Source: Acidimicrobiales bacterium
GTDB taxonomy: Bacteria; Actinomycetota; Acidimicrobiia; Acidimicrobiales; Aldehydirespiratoraceae
Length of the DNA stretch: 64,000 bases
NCBI GenBank assembly: GCA_965116965.1
Contig: OZ220743.1
Coordinates: forward strand, 3,958,628 to 4,022,627
Direction: 5' to 3'
In this document: piece by piece, positions 28,745 through 36,026 of the stretch
How the letters are laid out: each line of letters opens with the position of its first letter
Numbering within the stretch: the first letter of the stretch is position 1
The notes under the pieces: model-generated
What the model saw: only the letters and a program-made list of their open reading frames with translations
Told to the model about the DNA's origin: nothing
Databases searched by the model: none
Position numbers and translations under genes: made by a program

Positions 28745-29032
28745 ATGGCCAAGGCATCGAATCGAAGTCCAGAGAACAAGCTGCAGTTGGTGTTGTCGGT
28801 GCTGCGCGGGGAGGTGTCCTCGATGGAGGCGGCACGCGGCGCGGGCGTGGCCGAACGCACCGTCCGCAAGTGGCAGCAAGCGTTCCTAGAGGGCGGCCGA
28901 GACCGCCTAGCTTCCGGCGAGCGGCGCCAGTCGGACCGCGAGCTGGAACTGGTGGCCGAGAACGAGGAGCTCAAGGCCGCGCTCGGTGAGGTCCACATGC
29001 AGATGCGGCTGTGGAAGAAAGAGGCGGAGTAG
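28745..29032 (+). mobile_element. Orphan IS3-family OrfA-type transposase HTH protein (no OrfB)
   Basis: The 95-aa ORF starts at ATG 28745, preceded by a GGAGGGAGG ribosome-binding site. The product reads MAKASNRSPENKLQLVLSVLRGEVSSMEAARGAGVAERTVRKWQQAFLEGG... and ends in a leucine-zipper-like tail, typical of IS3/IS911 OrfA. The next gene lies on the opposite strand 39 bp away, so the catalytic OrfB is absent. Confidence 0.6.
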
Positions 29033-29070
29033 CGCGGAAGACGGACATGGGGCAACCAGGTCACGGCGTA

Positions 29071-30609
29071 CTAGACCTCGGCAATTGAGCGGCTTGTTTC
29101 GCAATCTCGCGGATGGCCATCTAGCCAGTTGATGACGGCCTGAGCGCGGTTGTCGATCCATCGGAGCATTCGCAGGTTGCTGCCGGGCGATGTAGCCAGT
29201 CGTCGCAGGCGTTCGGCCTGTTCATGGCGGCAACTGAGGTTAGTGCGGTGATCTCCGACGCTCTCGGCCGCCTCAACGGGGCAATTCGCTCTCGTGACGG
29301 CTGCCAGTCTGTCCAGATGGTGGCTGCTGAGGAGGTATTGCAGTGGTCCGGGATCTCCCAGTCCGCCCGGAGCTACCGACGTGCTTACGTATTGAGCGAG
29401 CAGGCTTGCTGAGACGCTTGCCGAGAGGGGTGCCACGTTTTGGCCCAGGGTGGTCTCTTGCCGATCCGTTCCTTGGATGTAGGAGGGGTCGTCAAGCAGG
29501 CCTTGCATGTCCGGCACGACCTGGCCGAGGTCAAGCTGGCCGTTGCAGCTCATGCAGGGTCGCCCGGGTCTGACGACGTGAGATCGCCATGTGGCGTTGC
29601 GTAGCGTGCCGTCCCCAAACGTATCGATGGCGATGCCGCCGTCGATCACCGGTATCAGGTCTGTGTAGGCCAACGCGTTGAGGACCGCTCGGGGCCATGG
29701 CCGGTCAACGCAGCAGAAGATGAGGTCGTGATCGAGCGCGAGCAGGAGTCCGTCGGGTTCGCAGATGGACAGGTCGGATACGTCGATGCGGGAGGTCATG
29801 GCAGTCGCGGCCGCGTTCGCTGCGCGACGGGCAACATGGATCTTGGGTCGCTTCAGCCGAGCATCGCGGAATGTGGCGCCAAGCAGTCGATCCAGATTGT
29901 GAGGCTCAACGACATCGAAGTCCATGACCGTCAGGTGGCAGAGCCCCGACGCGGCTAGTCGGACGGCAACGTCAAGGCCGACGCTGCCGACACCTACGAC
30001 TAGCACTCGTCGTCGAGCGAGATCGGCCTGGCACTGCTCTCCCCAGGCGCTCACGGTCCGTTCCTGCCTGTGCGTGGACTGTGGTAGGGGACAGAGATCG
30101 TCGTTCCACGACACGGCAAGCCGGTCGCCGATGACCCGCACGTTGGTTGCATGCGTGCAATCGATGTCGCGGCCCAGTCCGATGTCCCAGAGGCGTGCTG
30201 ACCAAGTGCGGACACCCGTCGCAAGGGTCATGCCCACGAGCGGTAGTCCCGTCATCTCGCGTACGAGGTTCGCATAGCTGGACTCAGCGTCTCGGTCCGG
30301 TCCGCTCATCGACTGCCATCCGCTTGCGCCCGGGTGGCTGTGCAGCAGAACGAGACCGCTCTCGTGCTCTTGGGCGATGCCGGCTCCGCGCAGGATGTAT
30401 TCGGCGGTGACGGTCGCGTTCCCGTGAACCTGCCGATCCCCCGGCTCCGGTGGGATGACCGAGGTGATCAGGCCGCTGACACGCGTCACGCCGTTCGACG
30501 GCCGGTAGGTGGCCAGACACAAGTCTTCCTGGCCGTCGGAACGAACGAGGCAGTCCGTGAGTGCCTCTTCAGTTACCGCGGTCATCGCGACCGAGGCACG
30601 ACCCGTCAC
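29071..30609 (-). CDS. JAB/MPN deubiquitinase-like domain fused to E1-like (ThiF/MoeB) adenylyltransferase
   Basis: The ORF is 512 aa. It has a JAMM-type motif (LLHSHPGASGWQSMSGPD), an E1 Rossmann motif (RRVLVVGVGSVGLDVAVRLAASGLCHLTVMDFDVVEPHNLDR) and a CxxC element (RPCMSCNG). Its start overlaps the upstream gene's stop by 4 bp. Confidence 0.85.
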   Translation of the reverse strand: MTGRASVAMTAVTEEALTDCLVRSDGQEDLCLATYRPSNGVTRVSGLITSVIPPEPGDRQVHGNATVTAEYILRGAGIAQEHESGLVLLHSHPGASGWQSMSGPDRDAESSYANLVREMTGLPLVGMTLATGVRTWSARLWDIGLGRDIDCTHATNVRVIGDRLAVSWNDDLCPLPQSTHRQERTVSAWGEQCQADLARRRVLVVGVGSVGLDVAVRLAASGLCHLTVMDFDVVEPHNLDRLLGATFRDARLKRPKIHVARRAANAAATAMTSRIDVSDLSICEPDGLLLALDHDLIFCCVDRPWPRAVLNALAYTDLIPVIDGGIAIDTFGDGTLRNATWRSHVVRPGRPCMSCNGQLDLGQVVPDMQGLLDDPSYIQGTDRQETTLGQNVAPLSASVSASLLAQYVSTSVAPGGLGDPGPLQYLLSSHHLDRLAAVTRANCPVEAAESVGDHRTNLSCRHEQAERLRRLATSPGSNLRMLRWIDNRAQAVINWLDGHPRDCETSRSIAEV

Positions 30610-30956
30610 GAGATCGCCTCACTCAGGACGGCTTGCAGGTGGCTGGTCCAACCGGCCGCTGGCTCGGCATCGCCCCACCCTGCGACGTTGCGGCTGTGCA
30701 TCAGCCACGCCGGCTTCGATGACGGCTGGCTGTTCGTTCGTTCGAAGCGGATGTCGCTGCTCAGGTGGATCCAATGGGGCGGTGCCTGAGGCCAAGGGGC
30801 GAGTTCATCAACCGAGACGCCCACCTCGATGGAGTCTCCGGCTCGGGCACCCTCCACGGGCGTGAAGCAGCAGATAACCAGCCCGAACTCCACCCTGGGT
30901 GCTAGGCAAAGCTGCGCCATGGCATCAGCGAAACCCCGTTGACCCGACTGCATCAC
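30606..30956 (-). CDS. E2/UBC-like (possibly UEV-like) small protein
   Basis: The 116-aa ORF is translationally coupled on both sides. The segment ...APWPQAPPHWIHLSSDI...LMHSRNV... resembles the E2 fold's PP-x-hydrophobic strand and HPN region. The operon position between a Ubl and an E1 fits prokaryotic E2 families. No Cys follows the HPN-like region. Confidence 0.5.
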   Translation of the reverse strand: MMQSGQRGFADAMAQLCLAPRVEFGLVICCFTPVEGARAGDSIEVGVSVDELAPWPQAPPHWIHLSSDIRFERTNSQPSSKPAWLMHSRNVAGWGDAEPAAGWTSHLQAVLSEAIS

Positions 30957-31207
30957 GCGACGGGCGCCTTCTGGCGGATCGACACGAACCGTGCGTCCTT
31001 GTGGATCCTGACGATCTCGTCGTCAGCGAACCGCTTGGTCTGGGGGCGCTCCTTGCCCTGCAGTTCGCCGAGGTCGAAGACCGCTGGATCGAGCCCAGCC
31101 AAGCGAAGCAGGTCAGCGGCCCGCTGACTCAGATCGCTCGTCTCGAAGTGCTGTCCGTCGATCGTGAACGGGATCAACCGCCGAAGCGGCGTAACCGACT
31201 CATCCAT
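30953..31207 (-). CDS. Multiubiquitin-type ubiquitin-like (beta-grasp) protein
   Basis: The 84-aa ORF reads ...IPFTIDGQHFETSDLSQRAADLLRLAGLDPAVFDLGELQGKERPQTKRFADDEIVRIHKDARFVSIR.... This fits the Multiubiquitin-domain pattern found in E1/E2/JAB operons. It is the first gene of the minus-strand operon. Confidence 0.6.
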   Translation of the reverse strand: MDESVTPLRRLIPFTIDGQHFETSDLSQRAADLLRLAGLDPAVFDLGELQGKERPQTKRFADDEIVRIHKDARFVSIRQKAPVA

Positions 31208-31328
31208 CTCTTTGGTGTCCTTTCATCCGTGGGGGGAAGTCCCGTCCCATATGTCGCGAATGCCTGCCGCGACGAAACTCGCCATATCGCTTTCGTTCTC
31301 GCGCTGGATCGCGACAATTGGGACAGCA

Positions 31329-32045
31329 ATGGAAACGACAGCTAGCCCCGCGGATCCTGAACACCCCCTCCGTGCCGATCGAGGCTTTCTCGATGAGGTC
31401 CGCGTGGTGATGTACGCGAAGATCCACAAGGTTCTCGGATGGCCCAACCCGGGACTAGTGCCGGCGAGTCGTCGCCTTGAAGGCTCAGGCCAAGAGGAGC
31501 GGGCACTTGTCGGGACAGGAGTCAGCGCCGACGACATCCTCGCCGATGCGCTCGTTGCGCTGCTGGAATTCCCCCCGGACCAGCTTCGCGGGAGTTGGAG
31601 GGCGCTGGCGGTGATCATCGCCCGAAACAAGGCGATCAAGGCACTCCGAACCGCCGGCAAAGGCCTCCGGGGAACCGATCATCGGCCCGAGTTCCACCTC
31701 GTTTCAGGAGACGCCGAAGGAACAGGGCCGGACGGCACGGCGCAGAAACCAATCCTGGAGGTGCTACCGGCGGAATGGGCCGATCTTGAGACCGAGTACT
31801 TTGCGCTGCTCGGCGTAGAGGATCTGAAGGGCCTCGCCCGGCAGCTTCTCGACAAGACAAGCCTCGACGTCTATTTCGCGGTGCACTTCGAGGGTTACTC
31901 GCGCGTGGAAGTCGGGCAAGTGCTTCAGTGCTCCCCGCAGCGCGCAGGGCAGATCTACAAGGCCGCCGTACACCGCCTCAGAGCCGACCCCGGGTACCCC
32001 TATCCGATCACGACGCACACCGAAGATGAAGGGACCAGCAAGTGA
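31329..32045 (+). CDS. Sigma-70/ECF-like HTH protein
   Basis: This is an internal ATG at 31329; the longer track ORF would overlap the divergent Ubl gene. A region-2-like segment reads ...ADDILADALVALLEF...AVIIARNKAIKALR. A region-4-like HTH reads ...DVYFAVHFEGYSRVEVGQVLQCSPQRAGQIYKAAVHRLR. Confidence 0.55.
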   Translation: METTASPADPEHPLRADRGFLDEVRVVMYAKIHKVLGWPNPGLVPASRRLEGSGQEERALVGTGVSADDILADALVALLEFPPDQLRGSWRALAVIIARNKAIKALRTAGKGLRGTDHRPEFHLVSGDAEGTGPDGTAQKPILEVLPAEWADLETEYFALLGVEDLKGLARQLLDKTSLDVYFAVHFEGYSRVEVGQVLQCSPQRAGQIYKAAVHRLRADPGYPYPITTHTEDEGTSK

Positions 32046-32956
32046 ACATGGAACAGAACGATCTTGAGGCCTTCCTAGACGGCTTCATCGACGCGTACTT
32101 GGACTTCCTTGAGGGCGCTAGAAGGGAACCTCCTGGACTCGACGACCTGACCAGCGAGCAGCGCCGAGCAGCAGAGGGTTACATCCAGTCGATCACGGCG
32201 GCTCGAGGTGTCGACCCTCATGCGTCGCCACCCTCGATTGAGCAACTGCTTACGGCCGGTGCCCGCGCCAGGGAAGCCGCCCCGGAGCTGGGTGAGGCAC
32301 TTCAATCTCACCTGCGTGCCTTTGTGGACCCAAGGTCAAGAGTCACGGCCGATGTGGCGGCGGATGCCGCGGGGCTGGCATCGGCGCTCGTCGTTCACGC
32401 ACATGGGATGCGGCTTCGGGTAGTGGCGGAACCGCCCTCCGTGGATCTCGACGCCGCTTTCCCCACCCGCGTCGGGGACATCGCCGCCGTCTTCGGCGCC
32501 TTCCCAGATAGCAGCGTCGTGCTCTATGCCACTACGGGCGCTGAAGCGGCTGGCGTGATCGTTGAGCGAGAAGACGTCCACAGCGCCATTGAGACACCGT
32601 CCGGTGCGGTCAGTGCTGCGCGCCTGCGGAGACCGGTCATGGATGCTGCATCAGCATGTGGCATGTGGCTACAGGAGGCGGTCCCTGAATTCGAGCCTCC
32701 GCAAGCCGACCTTCTCGGGTCCTCGGCTGCTCCCGATGCGTTGCCGGACCCCTTGGGCCTGGCGACACGTGTTGTAGATGAGCTGGTGGTTGCTGGCAAC
32801 AGAGCGCGAATCGGCGCCAAGCGAGTCGCCTGGGGCACGCTGGGCGAGACCGAATCGCAGGGCTTGGCGGCGATCGTCGACGACGCTCAGCATGGGCGAC
32901 TGTCGAGCGACGAGTACAGACGCCGCCTAGAGGACACAGTGGGGATGGCGGCATGA
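32042..32956 (+). CDS. Hypothetical protein (304 aa)
   Basis: A GTG at 32042 overlaps the sigma-like gene's stop; an alternative ATG lies at 32048. Its stop overlaps the next gene's ATG as ATGA (32953-32956). I recognise no motif. The N-terminus is helical and acidic: LEAFLDGFIDAYLDFLEG. Confidence 0.55.
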   Translation: MNMEQNDLEAFLDGFIDAYLDFLEGARREPPGLDDLTSEQRRAAEGYIQSITAARGVDPHASPPSIEQLLTAGARAREAAPELGEALQSHLRAFVDPRSRVTADVAADAAGLASALVVHAHGMRLRVVAEPPSVDLDAAFPTRVGDIAAVFGAFPDSSVVLYATTGAEAAGVIVEREDVHSAIETPSGAVSAARLRRPVMDAASACGMWLQEAVPEFEPPQADLLGSSAAPDALPDPLGLATRVVDELVVAGNRARIGAKRVAWGTLGETESQGLAAIVDDAQHGRLSSDEYRRRLEDTVGMAA

Positions 32957-34785
32957 TTCATCGGCTGCTTCTCCAGAATTGGAGATCATTTGAGAGGCTT
33001 GACCTTTCCTTCGAATCAGGCACGACCTTCGTCGTCGCGCCCAACGGCGTTGGCAAGTCCTCGCTTGTTCTTGGCTTGGCGTGGGCGGTGTTCGGCGATC
33101 ACAGCAACGTCGATTCGAAGTCCTGCATCCGAGCTGGGGCTGATCAGGCGGAAGCCCGGGTCGACATGGACCTGCCAGACCAGCGACGGCTTGTCATCTC
33201 ACGAGTCGCTCGACGCCGCGGCGGGGATCGGTCCACTTACAGCATTGACGGCACGACCCTGAGTGAACAGTCAGCCCGAGTTCAGATGGAAGCAGCTCTG
33301 GGTGTTGACCTTCCTCTCGCAGGTCGGCTGTCGATGATGCTGGGTGGTGGTCACCTTGCCGCCCAGGATGAACTCAACCTCGAAGCCCATCTTCACCATG
33401 CCTTCGGCGTCTCTCACCTCCTTGAGGTGGCTCGAACGGCGGAGACTCTCGCAAAGGAGGCCGATAGGGCTCGAGCCGCCTTTCGGTCCTCAAGCAAGAA
33501 GCAGCTAGCTAACCGCTCCGAACTGGAAGACGAGATCGCCGAACTCGAAGCGGAGATGAAGCGCCTCGTGGAGCGGGGTGCCGAACTCCAGCAACTCCGA
33601 GACAGTGCGGACGCTCAGCGCTCCCTAGTCGAGCGCCACCACGCAATCGCGGAGCAGATCCAACGCCATGAACAGAGGCGTTCTGAACTCATCGCCCAGG
33701 CATGGAGGGTTCTCGACAGTGAAACGGTGGCCGACGACGTTGAGGCGGCCTGCTCAGCCCTGCACGAGGAGCTTGCGAAGATCGAACAGTCGGTAAGCGA
33801 CGCGACCGAAGGGATCGCTGCCGCGCGCGTGGCGATGGAGTCCGCTCGTGAGGCTGTCGGTTTGCTCGCCGCGGACGCAGCTGTTTGTCCCACATGTATG
33901 CGTCCGCTTGCGGCTGAGGAGCTGGCGTCGGCACGAGTCGCCCATGAGACGCGTGAGCTAGAGGCCCGCGTCCAGATCCAGAACCTCGACGCCGTCCGGC
34001 AGTACGGGCGACCACGCGTAAGGTCGGTCGCCGGCCTGCTATCGCAGCTTGAATCGCTCGAACCCCCTGTCGCAGAACCCGACGCCCTCGACACCTCCGA
34101 TCGATCTCAGACTGAGACTCTGTACCGGGAAGCGAGCGTTGCCCTCGACGAACACAACCAACGAATTGGCGCCGTGAGATCCCGTCTGGAATCGCTGCAG
34201 CGTCAAGTGGCGTCGGATGAACAACTCCAACAGGAGGAGCGGGAACTGCAACTCGTCTACCGCAAAGAAGCCCTCGCCATTGCAGGAGCAAGGGTGTTGA
34301 GAGAAGCCGCAGACCAGGTGATCGAGTCTCGGATCGAACCCATCGCAAGAGAGGTTCGCTGGCGCTGGAAGCGCCTGTTCGCCGATGATGGTCTCACCCT
34401 GAGGGCGGACGGATCGATTGTGCGGGTTCACGCGGCCGAGGAACTCGGGTGGGACACGCTCAGTGGCGGTGAACGGACCTGGGCCAGAATCGTCACGCAC
34501 TTGCTCGTGCTCGCCACCACCACGTCACTGCCATTCGCTTGGTTCGACGAGCCACTGGAACATCTCGATCCACAGTTCCGTCGTACCGTCGCAGCGACCC
34601 TGGCCAAGGCCACCGTCGGCGGTGCTCCTCGTCAGCTCCTTGTTACGACCTACGAGCACTCCCTTGCCCGGCAGTTGGCCGAAGACACTGACAGCGCCGA
34701 CATCATCGCCATTCGAGCGCCACACGGTCGGCATACGCCTGACCCCGATCAGGCATCCGTCCAACCGATGAAGCGCGCCTCCTAG
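32953..34785 (+). CDS. Rad50/SbcC/SMC-like ABC ATPase with coiled coil and CxxC hook
   Basis: The ORF is 610 aa. It has a Walker A motif (VVAPNGVGKSS), a long coiled coil, a central CPTCMRPL element (hook-like CxxC), an ABC signature (LSGGERTW) and a Walker B motif (FAWFDEPLEHLD). Confidence 0.8.
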   Translation: MIHRLLLQNWRSFERLDLSFESGTTFVVAPNGVGKSSLVLGLAWAVFGDHSNVDSKSCIRAGADQAEARVDMDLPDQRRLVISRVARRRGGDRSTYSIDGTTLSEQSARVQMEAALGVDLPLAGRLSMMLGGGHLAAQDELNLEAHLHHAFGVSHLLEVARTAETLAKEADRARAAFRSSSKKQLANRSELEDEIAELEAEMKRLVERGAELQQLRDSADAQRSLVERHHAIAEQIQRHEQRRSELIAQAWRVLDSETVADDVEAACSALHEELAKIEQSVSDATEGIAAARVAMESAREAVGLLAADAAVCPTCMRPLAAEELASARVAHETRELEARVQIQNLDAVRQYGRPRVRSVAGLLSQLESLEPPVAEPDALDTSDRSQTETLYREASVALDEHNQRIGAVRSRLESLQRQVASDEQLQQEERELQLVYRKEALAIAGARVLREAADQVIESRIEPIAREVRWRWKRLFADDGLTLRADGSIVRVHAAEELGWDTLSGGERTWARIVTHLLVLATTTSLPFAWFDEPLEHLDPQFRRTVAATLAKATVGGAPRQLLVTTYEHSLARQLAEDTDSADIIAIRAPHGRHTPDPDQASVQPMKRAS

Positions 34786-34842
34786 CAGCCAACTGCCCCA
34801 CTTCGCTCTCCCCAGACCGCAACCCAGTCAAGGCCACCGAGC

Positions 34843-35922
34843 ATGTGTGGAAGGAACGTCACCATGTCAGAGACTCGCCACAACGAGAATGACCAGAGTT
34901 CAGAGGATCACTGGGACACGAGAGGGCTGGGAATCGCTGGCCTCAAGGGCCGCGCTGGTCCGTTAGGTTGGCCGGCCGTCCTGCTTCTTCTATTCTTGTT
35001 TGTGTTGGTGGGAGTACACATCGAGTCTCTCCATCTGACAGAAATGGTGAAGGTGGCCATCGCACCGCTCACCGTGCTACTCGCTGTTGGCGGGGCGCCG
35101 TTGCTCTTGCTCATTGCCGACCGAGCCGACAAAAACCCCAACAGGCAGGCCACCACTCTAGAGAAGTGTTCAATGCTGATTGCGCTGGTAACGACTCTCG
35201 CGATTGTGTCAATCCTCGTCCATATTATTCTTCCTGTCGGGGAAGCCCGCGATCTCGCTGGCGTGACATCGGTGTGCTTGATCATATTGCTGCCTATCGC
35301 TTTGCTACGCATTCGGGCCATCATCAGCTTCATCGATCGCCTAGGTCGTAGTAGCGATCCGTCTCCACCTCTACCGACAAAGGCTCGCAGATGGGCCTGG
35401 ATAGTGGATCTACTTTCCTCTGGACTAGTTGTACTCGCTATCGTATGGCTACTAGCGCCCAGAATCGAAGGACTCGCTACTACGGCTTGGCCCGAGTCAG
35501 TAACTCTTTGGACATCGATTATTGTTGTGTACTATGTGTATCAGGTGATTGCGATACGCACTTGGGGATGCACGTTGGGACAACAGTTCGTACGTGTGCG
35601 GATCGTATCTGCCCGGAACGGGGGGAGACCTCGTCTAGTCACGATCATGGTTAGGACTCTTATTCCAACACTCACTGGCTTCCTTTATCTGCTGTTTCCA
35701 ATCCTCGCATCCTCGACCAGCACCCTCATGAGTTCCAAGACTATTCCTTACCTCGTCAGTCTTGGATTCGCACTGTCAATGATCGTGCTGATCGTAGGCG
35801 TCGCAAGTCTCGTTTGGCTGAGAGAGATTCATCCCCGCGGTCAAGGGCTGCTTGATCTGATCACCAAGACAGTCAGCATTCCCCATCCCAGAGGACAGAG
35901 TAAGCTACAGACCGAGGTGTGA
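34843..35922 (+). CDS. Polytopic membrane protein with C-terminal RDD domain
   Basis: The ORF is 359 aa; an alternative ATG lies near 34864. Several hydrophobic helices are present. The RDD-type elements are ...ARRWAWIVDLLSS..., ...RTWGCTLGQQFVRVRIVSARNGGRP... and ...LLDLITKTV.... The gene is visibly more AT-rich than its neighbours. Confidence 0.7.
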   Translation: MCGRNVTMSETRHNENDQSSEDHWDTRGLGIAGLKGRAGPLGWPAVLLLLFLFVLVGVHIESLHLTEMVKVAIAPLTVLLAVGGAPLLLLIADRADKNPNRQATTLEKCSMLIALVTTLAIVSILVHIILPVGEARDLAGVTSVCLIILLPIALLRIRAIISFIDRLGRSSDPSPPLPTKARRWAWIVDLLSSGLVVLAIVWLLAPRIEGLATTAWPESVTLWTSIIVVYYVYQVIAIRTWGCTLGQQFVRVRIVSARNGGRPRLVTIMVRTLIPTLTGFLYLLFPILASSTSTLMSSKTIPYLVSLGFALSMIVLIVGVASLVWLREIHPRGQGLLDLITKTVSIPHPRGQSKLQTEV

Positions 35923-36026
35923 GCTATCATGCGAACTCGTGTTCTGCGATTGCGCGAATTGCGTTGGGTGATCGAAGCCCGTCTGGACAAAGGATGGACA
36001 CCTTAGCCTCAAGTCGACGGCGGGTT

